From the IMG/VR virus record IMGVR_UViG_3300032257_000012, positions 1 to 61,060 of that record: a stretch of 61,060 nt of DNA. One strand, given 5' to 3'. The notes under the pieces are model-generated. The model saw only the letters and a list, made by a program, of their open reading frames with translations, had not been told where the DNA came from and did not search any database. This DNA comes from a virus. Lineage: Duplodnaviria; Caudoviricetes. The translations under genes and the position numbers were made by a program. This document shows, piece by piece, positions 38,075 to 48,234 of the stretch (its first letter is position 1; each line of letters opens with the position of its first letter).

Positions 38075-39106
38075 TTATTTAGACTTGCGTTGCGCAGCCC
38101 ATAAGTCAGGGTTGCGATTCTTAGCCAGCACAAACGCTTTTGCCTTTGTCACTTTCTCTTCTTTCTCAATAACATCCGCTTTTGCTACCAATTGCTCATA
38201 CGCATCCGCGATGTCCTCTGAGCCAGCGCCGCCCGCTTCGTGGCCAAGTGACTTCGCCATCGCAGCGTTCCCAGCAATCAAAAGTTCTTCGATCTTTTTG
38301 GCGGCGTCGGGTGCGGCCTTGGCGATGTCATGGATCGACTTCGCAATGTCATCAGCTTCTCCCGGTAAATTGCCCATCGTAGCTGATACTCGCTTAGCGA
38401 TATCCGCCAGCTCGGTCTGTTCCTTCATTTTAGCAATGACTTGTGCTTGCACATTAATTAAGTCATTTTGCTTTTTGATCTCTTCGTCTTGCGCAGTGAA
38501 TCGTTTGGCCAATTCTTTGTCCATCTCCTCGTCTTCCTCTGGTGGAGTAGGTGGCTCGTCTTCCATTTTAGCCGCTGGAGGCATTACTTCCTCTGGTGGG
38601 GTAGGGGGTTTGTCTTCCATTTTCCCCATCCCTTCGATCATGGCTTTAACATCAGCCATGGCGTTGTCGATCATTGCTTGCACTTCTTCTGGGGTCATCT
38701 CAATTTCTCCGGTTCGTTTAAGGATTTCTGGTATATTTTCTTCATCTGGGTGCAACTTCTTCCATGCCGCCAACACCTTGTCTTTCACTCCAGGCAAATC
38801 CTTAGCCGGTATCTGTACAGGGTTTCCCCTAAATCCATTTGGTCCAAGTGCCGCCAGCGCCGCACCTACCACATTCGGATCAACGTCGCCGCCTGGCGAT
38901 GATGTCAATCTTAGTTTCCAACTCTTTGGGTGTGCAGGATCGCCTACATAGGCGTAATCCTTCATTGGATATTGCACACCATGTTCTGTTTTAAATCCTT
39001 CTTTTGGCGTCTGACGTTTAAATAAGATTATTTTAGCATCTTCGTTGGCACCTTCATCGACGAAAGATACTTCCTTTACTAGTAGATTCGTCAATTTAGT
39101 TGTCAA
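38075..39106 (-). CDS. capsid scaffold/maturation protein
   Basis: EVSFVDEGAN N-terminus, Pro/Glu linker and coiled coil. Confidence 0.7.
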   Translation of the reverse strand: MTTKLTNLLVKEVSFVDEGANEDAKIILFKRQTPKEGFKTEHGVQYPMKDYAYVGDPAHPKSWKLRLTSSPGGDVDPNVVGAALAALGPNGFRGNPVQIPAKDLPGVKDKVLAAWKKLHPDEENIPEILKRTGEIEMTPEEVQAMIDNAMADVKAMIEGMGKMEDKPPTPPEEVMPPAAKMEDEPPTPPEEDEEMDKELAKRFTAQDEEIKKQNDLINVQAQVIAKMKEQTELADIAKRVSATMGNLPGEADDIAKSIHDIAKAAPDAAKKIEELLIAGNAAMAKSLGHEAGGAGSEDIADAYEQLVAKADVIEKEEKVTKAKAFVLAKNRNPDLWAAQRKSK

Positions 39107-39507
39107 ACTTCCTCCCTCGTGGCTGAGCCACCGATGCTAAACGCCGTTATTTCACCATTCTTAATTCTATCAAACACATCCTTGTCGGCCCTAAATCCAA
39201 TCCACCATCCAACTGGTAGTATTCCTTGGGGGATTCCTAGCGCTTCTTGCTTTTCCTTGGAAAACACCATGGACTCGACCAACGTTCCAACTCCGGTAAA
39301 CTCATGCATGTCGCCTGCGTCTCGGTACTCTTCAACATATAGATACGCTGTCTCTTCCAATGTATCTATTTCTATGATATCTCCCTGAAGATCTTCTACC
39401 ACATTTCCCTGAAGGTCCTCTATCACACTTGCCCAGCCGAAAACTAGTCTTTTTTCAAGTTCTACGTTACTGATTTTACCAACGATTGTAAAGTTTTTAG
39501 TTGACAT
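39103..39507 (-). CDS. XkdF-like prohead protease domain protein
   Basis: RLVFGWASV...DLQGD...MHE...GWWIGF...FSIGG. Confidence 0.78.
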   Translation of the reverse strand: MSTKNFTIVGKISNVELEKRLVFGWASVIEDLQGNVVEDLQGDIIEIDTLEETAYLYVEEYRDAGDMHEFTGVGTLVESMVFSKEKQEALGIPQGILPVGWWIGFRADKDVFDRIKNGEITAFSIGGSATREEV

Positions 39508-39511
39508 TTTA

Positions 39512-40942
39512 TTATTCCCCAGAAGTATCCGCCGATGGTTGGTCAAAGCTCTCCCCAGCTTCGGGGGGCTCTCCTTCCGCCGCTCGCGTCGGCGCCTGTG
39601 GGGATGGGGGTGTGTCTTCCGGTGGGCCGCCAAGCGAAACCACCTTAGTTGGGAGGTTTGCAGCTTCCATTAGTGTGTCTTGTAGATCGTCGTCGGGGAA
39701 CAGGCTTGCCCCTGAAGAGGCTAAGTTTCTAATATATGCTCCAAGCTCTTTTAGATCCGGCGTTTCTACGTCAACGTGTGTTATCCTTGGCAAGTCGCCC
39801 GACACATTTCCATTTAAAGCAAATAGTTGGGGCACCGCATGTTCTGTCATTTTGTCGGTCACTTCGTCCAACATCACTCCCAACGTTTGCCCGAAAATAG
39901 ATGTTTTAGAATCTGCCAAACTCAGCGAGCCAACTTTATCAGATCCAAGGAGAATGAAATCCGCCAAAAAACTCATCGTAATTCGTTGGTCGTATCGATT
40001 GATAATTTCCGAAGTGTCAAACTGTTTCTGTCCGCCCGTACTCAACAGCTCGAAAGAGTATAGATTGTTCCCTGATCGGTCAGTGTCGCCGGGAAGGATA
40101 AGACCCGCTTGTTCATCGTTGCGGATGTTTTCTATAATATTTTTAGCTTCTTCATATATTAATTTCTCTGATGGTGTCGCATTCTCTGACATCACCCGCG
40201 ACGGCAGCCGCATAAATGGTAGGCCAGCCAGATCTCGCTCCAACCCAATCCCCTCAATTTCCTCTACGCGTCTTTTAAAGGTGTGGGGGCGAAGGCAATT
40301 CCGTAGCGCACTTTTGCCTTCCGGGTTGTCGTTGTATGTGTCTATTTTGTAGTGGATAAATTCACTTGCTGGGATGAATACTCGGCCCGTTTTTTTATTC
40401 CGTCGAGTGTTGTAGTAAAGATTTTGCCAAACGCCGAGCACGTCGTCATGGGGGGAGATATCCCATTCTTCTATCGTGTGCTGCGCTCGCGGCGCAAATT
40501 TCGCCCATCCGATGCGACCGTCGTTGAATTTTGAGTTGAACATTTTCAACGGGTGTCGCCCGTTTCTCTTTTTCAGCACGACTTCTTGGATCGCAAACCC
40601 ATAGGGTATGAAGGACAACGCTTGCGCGACCGTGCTTTTCATAGGGGTTTGCATGTCTTCCAAACATGTTTCCAGAAACTCGGCGTCTGCACGGTGCCGG
40701 GGGAGGTCTGAGTAGGGCTCGACCTTAATTTTAACTCCCTTCAGAATGTTTATTATGGCATACAGAATCGCACCAACGACGGGATCGTCGTCCGTCATCT
40801 CTTTTATTTTTTTGTACTTATTCTGTCCCGAAAAATCCGGGTTGTCCTCTTCAAAAATCCGTCGGCCAGAATGTTTTAGTCCAGTACCACCACGCTCAGT
40901 GTAGAGGGATGGTGTGATGAATGTTTCTTTGTTATCTGCCAT
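39512..40942 (-). CDS. portal protein (DUF935-like)
   Basis: YGFAIQE, NPEGKSALR, EGIGLERDLAGLP. Confidence 0.88.
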   Translation of the reverse strand: MADNKETFITPSLYTERGGTGLKHSGRRIFEEDNPDFSGQNKYKKIKEMTDDDPVVGAILYAIINILKGVKIKVEPYSDLPRHRADAEFLETCLEDMQTPMKSTVAQALSFIPYGFAIQEVVLKKRNGRHPLKMFNSKFNDGRIGWAKFAPRAQHTIEEWDISPHDDVLGVWQNLYYNTRRNKKTGRVFIPASEFIHYKIDTYNDNPEGKSALRNCLRPHTFKRRVEEIEGIGLERDLAGLPFMRLPSRVMSENATPSEKLIYEEAKNIIENIRNDEQAGLILPGDTDRSGNNLYSFELLSTGGQKQFDTSEIINRYDQRITMSFLADFILLGSDKVGSLSLADSKTSIFGQTLGVMLDEVTDKMTEHAVPQLFALNGNVSGDLPRITHVDVETPDLKELGAYIRNLASSGASLFPDDDLQDTLMEAANLPTKVVSLGGPPEDTPPSPQAPTRAAEGEPPEAGESFDQPSADTSGE

Positions 40943-42330
40943 TATATCGCCTCGGATATCACAACCGTGTGGCTGCTTACCATCATTATGTTATTGTAGA
41001 TGTCGCAAATTGACGGATAATTCCCCGTCGTACCCGTCGCAACGACGTTATCAACCCATGTCGCTCCGTCGTCATTTGATACCAATAATTTTATTTCCGC
41101 GATAGCGGCACCACTTCGGGTAGGCGACATCACAATTCCGATGTTTGTTAGATATCCACCACAGCGCATGTTCAACGCCCATCCGGCGATGGGGGATTGT
41201 ACTAACGTCGGGGCGACGGTGCCGAGGCCCGCGTCGGACAGTCTCCAAATTTCCCCGCCATTTCCTCCAAACATCCAATATCCATTTCTATGCGCGACCG
41301 TTGTGTAGGCGCCTGGTGTCGCCGCTTCGGTGCGAGCGTTCCACGTGGAACCCCCATCAGTTGAGTAGCAGTACCCAATGTCCCCTGTGTTATTTGTGTC
41401 TTGTCCGACCGCAACAATTATCAGCGGGTCAGTGTTAGACTCTGCGATTGCATGTATGTCCCAATCTCCTGCGGTCCCCGGCAATGCTACGGTCGCCCAT
41501 GTCTGCGCCCCGACGTCCCGACGCGCCAAAGATACTGTCCCAAGATCTTTCGACCCTATAAACACATCTCCGGTCGAGTGGAGTAATGGGGTGGTGAGAG
41601 TAGATACTCCGCCGGGAAGGGTTTCTCCGGTAGCGTCCCATACATCAGTGTCGCCACGATATTTAAGTACGGCGTTTGATAGGTCGAACACTAAAAAATC
41701 GTACACAGACGCATCTTTCAATTCTACGATGTTCACGGGGGTGTACGCCGACATTTCTTGTGTGCCCACCGCCCAAGTCTGCCCTTCGTCCGTTGATTTA
41801 TATGGTGTGGATGTACTATCCAAGACGTACCACCCCAAATTCTTAGTGGAGTGTACGACCAATGACTCCGGTCCCATAACCACGGACCCTGGTGCAAACT
41901 TCTCTACCCAGTTCACTCCGTTTGCGTTAGGTGGCAGCAAGAAGGTGGGAATACCCGTTACCAACAAAGTGAACGTCGCTGCGACGGCATCTAAGTGCTC
42001 GGCGGCTATTTCAAATCCAGACACAAAGCAAGCACCTGTCAGCTCTTTAGAATTTGGAAATATAATTTTCAGGTCAATGGGGGCATTGCTAAGTGCTGCA
42101 TCCTGAATGATCTCAAGGCTCGCGGCGTCTGAGAACACGGCGCCCCCTGAGATGGTAAGTGCCCGCAGCCCCGTATCCCCTAAGAGAGTTATCCACCCGT
42201 TGTCATCGTCGGTAGTGATGTCAGCACCGTCGTTCGATATTGAGATGGTACGGGTGCGCATGAGCGCAATGGTCGTCCAAACCGTAGCGACCTCAACCTG
42301 TAATTTTATGTCTCTTCCTCGAAACGCCAT
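40942..42330 (-). CDS. tail-tube-like domain fused to an Asp-box beta-propeller (fusion B)
   Basis: First ~130 aa align with 31363-31776; then STDEGQTW, STDGGSTW, SNDDGATW. Confidence 0.85.
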   Translation of the reverse strand: MAFRGRDIKLQVEVATVWTTIALMRTRTISISNDGADITTDDDNGWITLLGDTGLRALTISGGAVFSDAASLEIIQDAALSNAPIDLKIIFPNSKELTGACFVSGFEIAAEHLDAVAATFTLLVTGIPTFLLPPNANGVNWVEKFAPGSVVMGPESLVVHSTKNLGWYVLDSTSTPYKSTDEGQTWAVGTQEMSAYTPVNIVELKDASVYDFLVFDLSNAVLKYRGDTDVWDATGETLPGGVSTLTTPLLHSTGDVFIGSKDLGTVSLARRDVGAQTWATVALPGTAGDWDIHAIAESNTDPLIIVAVGQDTNNTGDIGYCYSTDGGSTWNARTEAATPGAYTTVAHRNGYWMFGGNGGEIWRLSDAGLGTVAPTLVQSPIAGWALNMRCGGYLTNIGIVMSPTRSGAAIAEIKLLVSNDDGATWVDNVVATGTTGNYPSICDIYNNIMMVSSHTVVISEAI

Positions 42331-42336
42331 GGCTGG

Positions 42337-43728
42337 TTATCCGTATGTGAACAATTTATTTACATTGGTGCCAACGCCTGAGAAGTATAGTTTGCCTCCT
42401 ACCTCCATAATATCCTTCATCACATCTGCTGTACCTCCGGCGGGCCGATGTACCACACTCCACGACACACCTTCATCCTGTGAGGTCACAAACACCGCTC
42501 GATTTGACGCTCCGGTGTCACTGCCCACCCCGTAGATAAAATTATCTCTTGATGTGAACGGCGACATTCTGTGTACTGTCAATGTGCCGGCGCTTTGCAC
42601 TTTCGTAAATGTCACACCATCATCCACGCTCTTGTATGTTACACTGGGGGCCGAGCCACCTGCTATCGGAGCTGTTGCGTACCACACCCCGTTGACATAT
42701 GTCATAGACCCATAGATAAGTTGGCTACTAGAAGAAATCATCTCCCCCGCGCCCGCAAAATGATGTGCCCATGTCGCGCCTTCGTCTGTTGATCTCCAGA
42801 AACTCGCCCCTTCCGTCCCTGCGATATACCCACCTACGGCACATATCGTGGTACCGTTATTTCCAAATGCAAGTGGGTTCCGGCTGGTAACGGCGGGGGT
42901 AGATACAAACGCATTGTATGGGGTGGAATCCGCTAGAAATTCTCCGGGGAAAGTCTGTGACCCAACTAGTATCTTATTCGCGCCAGGTTGTATAAGGTTG
43001 CTTAGCAAGCTGTTCGTCAACACCGACGCCCAAGTCACCCCGTCGTCCAACGACCGCGACACCACGTTGGCGTTGTGGACGGCCAACATAATACCGTCGT
43101 CGGTTCTCAGTATCGAGTGTTGTGGGGTGCTGTTTCCCGTCGAAAGTGTGTTTCCCACCAGCGCCCACGACACACCTTGGTCGGTGGACACGGCGAATCT
43201 ATGCGCACTTCCAACGAGCACCAGCGCGTACATTGTGGTTGGGATTGTTGGGTGTACAGACAGTGCAACGACGCTCACGACGCTCGCGTCTAAAGTGGTA
43301 AAATCAAACAGCTCAGTCAGCACGGCGGGAGGCAGGGTAATTGCCTGCGCTGCCGTACTTGCCAAAGTGAACGTCGCTGCGACGGCATCTAAGTGCTCGG
43401 CGGCTATTTCGAAGTTAGAAACGTGAAAAAACCCAGTCAGCTCAGTCACGTTCGGGAATACCAACTTAATCTCAACGGGGGTGTCAGAGTATGAAGCATC
43501 CTGAAGGATCTCAAGGCTCGCGGCGTCTGAGAACACGGCGCCCCCTGAGAGCCCGACGGCTCTAGCCCCCGTATCTCCTAACAGAGTTGTCCATCCTAGT
43601 GCATCATCTGAGGTAATGTCCACTGCGTCATTAGAAATACTTATGGTTCTAGATCGCATGAGCGCAACGGTCGTCCAAACCGTAGCCACCTTAACCTGTA
43701 ATTTTATATCTCTTCCTCGAAATGCCAT
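42337..43728 (-). CDS. tail-tube-like domain fused to an Asp-box beta-propeller (fusion A)
   Basis: MAFRGRDIKLQV...TTLLGDTGARAV; then STDQGVSW, SLDDGVTW, STDEGATW, SVDDGVTF, SQDEGVSW. Confidence 0.85.
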   Translation of the reverse strand: MAFRGRDIKLQVKVATVWTTVALMRSRTISISNDAVDITSDDALGWTTLLGDTGARAVGLSGGAVFSDAASLEILQDASYSDTPVEIKLVFPNVTELTGFFHVSNFEIAAEHLDAVAATFTLASTAAQAITLPPAVLTELFDFTTLDASVVSVVALSVHPTIPTTMYALVLVGSAHRFAVSTDQGVSWALVGNTLSTGNSTPQHSILRTDDGIMLAVHNANVVSRSLDDGVTWASVLTNSLLSNLIQPGANKILVGSQTFPGEFLADSTPYNAFVSTPAVTSRNPLAFGNNGTTICAVGGYIAGTEGASFWRSTDEGATWAHHFAGAGEMISSSSQLIYGSMTYVNGVWYATAPIAGGSAPSVTYKSVDDGVTFTKVQSAGTLTVHRMSPFTSRDNFIYGVGSDTGASNRAVFVTSQDEGVSWSVVHRPAGGTADVMKDIMEVGGKLYFSGVGTNVNKLFTYG

Positions 43729-43778
43729 GTATTTTCCTTGGTTGGTGGTCAATTTCCACTAATTATATAGATAGCCGA

Positions 43779-45281
43779 CTACTTAAACAAATTTTTCTTC
43801 TTAATACTCGTCGGTGAAACCGTAAAAACTTGTGAATCTTCCCGAATATACTTCAAAAACTGCGACAACGCGTCGATTGGGTCCCACAATGGGGGGGCAG
43901 GGAAGTGAGCTAGGCACTTTGTGAACATCTCCATCCAAGGAAATCGGTCAAAATCCTCTTCTGGGATCGTTAAAAACCCCCTTTCTAAGAGGTTTGTCTG
44001 ATTATCCATACGAATTATCTTTGGTTCTCTGGGTATCATACCCACCACAGGGAGGTTTGTGTTCTCAATCAGGTCTTGTAGGAGGGATGTGCCGCTTGAT
44101 TTGTCCTCAATAATGATCGTGGATGGGGCGTAATGTTCGTCCATATTGATTATTTTGGCCTGTAAGTCGGGGTATTTGACCCTTTCCAGCCACATATCCA
44201 CCAATCTCCACTGTAGTATGCGCGTATCGTCCGTATATGGTCTCTGAAACACCAATCCAACACTAGGATCGTGTATTTCAGAGTCTTTTTGCGCTGTATC
44301 GAACGATATTATCGTTTCTGAGACATCTTCGGGGGCTAAGTGCTCTTTCCATCTCGGGAACCAGTCCAAAACGATCCGCCCACCGCCTTTTGGTGATGGG
44401 TTTTGCTGCATTTGTCCCTCGAACCCGTAAGATCCAAGTCGATGGCGCATTGCTTGCACCTCTTCTGGTCCGTTTCTTGCTGGATTTAGTAGGTGGCCCT
44501 CTTCGCGCACCCATTCTTTGCCAGAGATGGGGAATATGAATATCGTCTTCTTCTCGGCGACCCGTGGAATCTTCAAAAGCTCCCACGAAGCATGGTCCTT
44601 GCTGTCTAAAATATGCCCGCAGGGGTCATTTACGGCCAACCTTTGCATTACCAGCACTTCGTGTGCGGTTTTTGGGTTGTTTTTGCGTGTAGAGTACGTC
44701 TCATCAAGCCATATGTTGGCGGCTTCACGGGCCGCTCCCGACGCCGCCTGCGTTGGATCCACCAAATCATCAGATATTAGTACCTGGCCTCCCATCCCGA
44801 TGCACGACGCCCCGACGCTCGTCGCAATGCGATGGCCACGCCTGGTTGTGGCGAATTGCGCTTTTTCGTTCTGTGCTTGCGCAATTATTGTCTCCGGGAA
44901 GAGTTGACGATACCACTCCGCCTCGATCACTGAGCGTGTGTCTACGCTATGTCCCGTACTCAACTTCGCGGCGTAGCTCGCGGCGAGAATCTGCTCACTC
45001 GGATTATGCCCCAGCAAAAATGCTGGCCACGCCACCGTCACAGATATCGATTTCAACTCACGGGGGGGAATATTTACGATGAGATTCTTAATTTGGTTGT
45101 TCGATACCGCTACAAGGTATTCCGCAATCAAATCAATATGCGGGCTGTGCATATATTCGGTGCCAGGATTGAGATGTTGGAACACCCGTCGTATGAAAGC
45201 GCCTAAGTCGTCACGCGTTCTGCGGCGATCTAACAAAGCTTGGGCGGCCCGACGACGGATTATATCACTCATCTGCGTCAT
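43779..45281 (-). CDS. terL: terminase large subunit
   Basis: NIPPRELKS Walker A, ISDDLVDP Walker B, VMQRL, nuclease SFDTA and IEDKSSG, DPIDALSQ. Confidence 0.93.
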   Translation of the reverse strand: MTQMSDIIRRRAAQALLDRRRTRDDLGAFIRRVFQHLNPGTEYMHSPHIDLIAEYLVAVSNNQIKNLIVNIPPRELKSISVTVAWPAFLLGHNPSEQILAASYAAKLSTGHSVDTRSVIEAEWYRQLFPETIIAQAQNEKAQFATTRRGHRIATSVGASCIGMGGQVLISDDLVDPTQAASGAAREAANIWLDETYSTRKNNPKTAHEVLVMQRLAVNDPCGHILDSKDHASWELLKIPRVAEKKTIFIFPISGKEWVREEGHLLNPARNGPEEVQAMRHRLGSYGFEGQMQQNPSPKGGGRIVLDWFPRWKEHLAPEDVSETIISFDTAQKDSEIHDPSVGLVFQRPYTDDTRILQWRLVDMWLERVKYPDLQAKIINMDEHYAPSTIIIEDKSSGTSLLQDLIENTNLPVVGMIPREPKIIRMDNQTNLLERGFLTIPEEDFDRFPWMEMFTKCLAHFPAPPLWDPIDALSQFLKYIREDSQVFTVSPTSIKKKNLFK

Positions 45282-45711
45282 CCATCAAAGCGCTGTAGTT
45301 GGCTACGTCTTCTTCGGATGCTGTGCCGTGTGCTATCTTCTCTAGTAGGTCGTCTGGGATAGTTGTCAACGATCCGCCGTCCCAGGTGGGGGGCGCTGCA
45401 ATCGCCTTCTTATCTGGTAGCACTTTATTCAAGCACCTAAACAGTAGCTCGGAACGGAGTTTCAACACACCGACTTGGGTCTGAGCTGTGGCGGTGAGCG
45501 TTATCGCGGCGTCTAAATTATCTACGTCCTTCAAATCCTCATATATAGTAGTTAGCTCTTGATCTATGCCGACCACTTCATCTATGATAGCGGTCGGAGA
45601 TAGGCCGCTGGCTGGGTCGGCGTCGCTGCCTCGGAGGTGCTCTTGTTGTGTGGGGGTAGCTCGCGAGGGTTGAACTCGGCCCCGGCGAACGATTAGTGTT
45701 TGTTTTGACAT
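45265..45711 (-). CDS. probable terminase small subunit
   Basis: Overlaps the terL start; helical; LNKVLPDKKA. Confidence 0.6.
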   Translation of the reverse strand: MSKQTLIVRRGRVQPSRATPTQQEHLRGSDADPASGLSPTAIIDEVVGIDQELTTIYEDLKDVDNLDAAITLTATAQTQVGVLKLRSELLFRCLNKVLPDKKAIAAPPTWDGGSLTTIPDDLLEKIAHGTASEEDVANYSALMDDADE

Positions 45712-45807
45712 GCCGTTATCCTCGTGTCAGTAACCTGAAGTATATCACTAAGCTTCGCTTAAGACTAGATCGTTAGTATGACGTCATTAATTAACGAGGG
45801 AAACAAA

Positions 45808-46095
45808 ATGAGTAAAAAACGAGATAAAGAAATACAAACCCTTATCCGAGCGTTTGTTGGGGTGGATGCCCTAATCGGCGAGAAGCCCGTCCGATCTTTT
45901 TCGGTTGATGCGGATGGGGGGGTGTATGCCTGTAATGCCCCTCCGTGGGAGCAAGCGTCTGGTGGTGGTGGGCAGTGGTATGCCAGAGCGTGGTCCTTTG
46001 CGAAGGTTGGATTTGTTAAGCCTTTCAAACATGGTGGGTGGAGGAAGCACTTGTATAACTCAGATGGTAGGTTGTATTGTGGGGAAACAAAATGA
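45808..46095 (+). CDS. early small protein, DxDG family (paralog of 54153-54461)
   Basis: SFSVDADG...VKPFKHGGWRKHLY versus SFSVDGDG...VKPFKGNGWKKHLY. Confidence 0.7.
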   Translation: MSKKRDKEIQTLIRAFVGVDALIGEKPVRSFSVDADGGVYACNAPPWEQASGGGGQWYARAWSFAKVGFVKPFKHGGWRKHLYNSDGRLYCGETK

Positions 46096-46403
46096 GTAAA
46101 GAACAATTCGACATAATATGTAAATCACATGGGAAGCCTGGATATTATCGGATGGATAAATGGGGGGAGGTGTATTGGTACTCGGCCCCTCCCATCCGTG
46201 GGACTATGTGTTGGTGGAGCGCTGAAGGTGGGGCGTTTCGTAATATTGGGTACGTGAATTGCGCCGACGTGGATGAGTGGAAAAACATGGAGCACGTTAT
46301 TATCCCGAAGCCTTTTCGGTGGGGGGTTGCTCTTATTGCCGTCGCGAGCGTCGTGACGTCGTATGCTCTGGCTTGGCTAACAACGACTGTGTTGGGGTGG
46401 TGA
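46092..46403 (+). CDS. early small protein, DxDG family, with C-terminal TM
   Basis: KPGYYRMDKWGEV resembles 56753-57238 and the second half of 54923-55555. Confidence 0.6.
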   Translation: MSKEQFDIICKSHGKPGYYRMDKWGEVYWYSAPPIRGTMCWWSAEGGAFRNIGYVNCADVDEWKNMEHVIIPKPFRWGVALIAVASVVTSYALAWLTTTVLGW

Positions 46404-46595
46404 TGCGGGATATCCTTGTTGTTGGTGTCCTTGGGGTGTGGATTGCGCTCCTCTCTTTGGTGGGGTGGATGCTTCGGCATCCCTGGTGCGTCGCTAGCGT
46501 CGTTGGTTTGGGTATTTTGTGGGTGCTCTCCTAAGTGCCGTTTGTAAAGTCACTTCTGCGTTTTGAATGCGGAAGTGAATACCCCGATCCGACGC

Positions 46596-46624
46596 TTGCG
46601 TCGAAACGAAGTGGATGTTATAAT
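46596..46624 (+). promoter_or_regulatory. sigma70 promoter for the Rha gene
   Basis: TTGCGT-N17-TATAAT with extended TG; the -35 overlaps cgacgcttgcgtcg. Confidence 0.7.
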
Positions 46625-46656
46625 CTAGATCCTAACATCTAATAGAGCATTAAAAA

Positions 46657-47349
46657 ATGTCACTTGTAGAACTTATAAAGAATGAACCTACCACCACAAG
46701 CCTAGTAATCGCGGAGGGGGTGGGCACTGTCCACAAGAACGTTATGGCTTTGCTTACAGCGCATTTTGTCGATGATCCAGAACTCGCTTTTAAGACTCGA
46801 TTTCTAAAAAACCCTCAAGGGCAAGACACAAAGTACGCCTTGCTCAACGAAGACCAGACTTTGTATCTCATAACATTGATGCGAAATTCCGACACTGTTA
46901 AGAAGTTTAAGAGAGCATTGGTGAAAGATTTTCTGCGGATGCGTGACCATCTCGAATGCCGGTCCAGCGGAAAGGGTATTTACCGACAAAAAACTGCTGT
47001 CATCGCTGACTTCGTGAGCTACGCCACGTCGCAGGGGAGTACCAGTGCTAAAATGTATTTCTCAAACTTAGCCAACATGGAGAACCGAGCGCTATTTCTG
47101 TTGGAGCAGAAGTACCCGAACGTACGGGATGTGTTAAACACGAAGCAGCTCATGTGCGTCGCTGTCGCGGACGATATCGTCGAGAAAGCCTTACTAGAAG
47201 GGATGGAGCGAGGGATGGCCTACAAGGAAATCTATCTGTTGGCAAAGGATAGAATCGTTCAGTACGGCACTCTGATTGGTCGTAGCCCCGTTGCGTCGTT
47301 TTTTGAAAATCCTGAAAATTCGGAAAATTTGAAATTACCAAAAATCTGA
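46657..47349 (+). CDS. Rha-family regulatory protein
   Basis: TTSLVIAEGVGTVHKNVMAL...LNEDQTLYLITLMRNS...FKRALVKDF. Confidence 0.85.
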   Translation: MSLVELIKNEPTTTSLVIAEGVGTVHKNVMALLTAHFVDDPELAFKTRFLKNPQGQDTKYALLNEDQTLYLITLMRNSDTVKKFKRALVKDFLRMRDHLECRSSGKGIYRQKTAVIADFVSYATSQGSTSAKMYFSNLANMENRALFLLEQKYPNVRDVLNTKQLMCVAVADDIVEKALLEGMERGMAYKEIYLLAKDRIVQYGTLIGRSPVASFFENPENSENLKLPKI

Positions 47350-47440
47350 GGCTGTGGTTGGTGCGTAGCTATCGATTGGCGGCGCCCCCGATGAGAAATT
47401 TTCCTTAGCGCCACGAAGCATGCCAAAAAATCTCCACAAC

Positions 47441-47467
47441 AAAAAAAGCCCCGATATTCGGGGCTCA
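47441..47467 (-). terminator. intrinsic terminator ending the leftward early operon
   Basis: aaaaaaagcccc-gatattcg-ggggct; the T-run is on the minus strand. Confidence 0.7.
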
Positions 47468-47491
47468 TCAAAACTTTATTATAGAATTATT

Positions 47492-47764
47492 TTATAACAA
47501 TGAAGCTGTAACAATAACTATGCCAACAATAACCATGCCAACAATCAATATCCGCTTGACCTCCTCGCGGTCGTCGTGGCGTCGTCCCCACTTGCCGGCC
47601 CACTTAACTTCTCCGGTGCGACGATCCACGATCCCTAGCTCATCGTAGCGCGGTTTTTCCTCCATTTTTGGTGGAGCATATCGACCCATCTTTTCAAGGG
47701 TGACAGGGGCTTTACGTTCGCCCCGCGCCATGGCAATTGCGACTGCATTTTTTAAGTGGATCAT
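47492..47764 (-). CDS. small protein with C-terminal TM
   Basis: ORF track; coupled to the ardA stop. Confidence 0.55.
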   Translation of the reverse strand: MIHLKNAVAIAMARGERKAPVTLEKMGRYAPPKMEEKPRYDELGIVDRRTGEVKWAGKWGRRHDDREEVKRILIVGMVIVGIVIVTASLL

Positions 47765-48234
47765 CAGACGGCTCCCATGTAGTATGTAGCCCCCTCGAAC
47801 TCAAATTCCGCGTAGTCACCACCTAAGATCAAGTCTCGACCGAACGCCTCGTAGTCGATGTATCGCGCCACATATTCCGGCAAATCTCTCACATCGTCCT
47901 CCACACGCTCTCTAGCTAGCTCTTCTATATCTCCGGCGTACATGAGCACGTCCCTCGCGCAGTCCACCAAATCATCCTGAACGCAATACCCGCACTGCTC
48001 GACCAGATAGTGAGCTATCACTCTGTCATCCCCCTCAAGGTCGTTCAGTTGTTCAAGCCAGATACCTATCGTCGAACCGTCGATCGCTAAGAGGTCAAAC
48101 AGCTCAGAATTGTCGCTGGCTAGGCATTCGACTTTGTGGTCGTTGTTGCCGCCTTGCTCCAAAAATCCGTCAATGTCGTCGAATTCAAAAGTCGTGCCAG
48201 TTTTTAAATTAGTTGCTCTATAGTCAAAACTCAT
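47764..48234 (-). CDS. ardA: ArdA-family antirestriction (DNA mimic) protein
   Basis: Highly acidic; C-terminal LPEYVARYIDYEAFGRDL signature. Confidence 0.85.
   Translation of the reverse strand: MSFDYRATNLKTGTTFEFDDIDGFLEQGGNNDHKVECLASDNSELFDLLAIDGSTIGIWLEQLNDLEGDDRVIAHYLVEQCGYCVQDDLVDCARDVLMYAGDIEELARERVEDDVRDLPEYVARYIDYEAFGRDLILGGDYAEFEFEGATYYMGAV

Noticed and set aside
41965-43560. Diversity-generating retroelement template/variable repeat pair
   Set aside because: The shared blocks are in-frame parts of two paralogous tube domains, the differences do not look adenine-specific, and no reverse transcriptase is present.
23117-45484. Many plus-strand ORFs antisense to structural genes (e.g. 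24951-25622, 28691-29347, 39501-40352, 41378-42106)
   Set aside because: Shadow frames of well-supported minus-strand genes.
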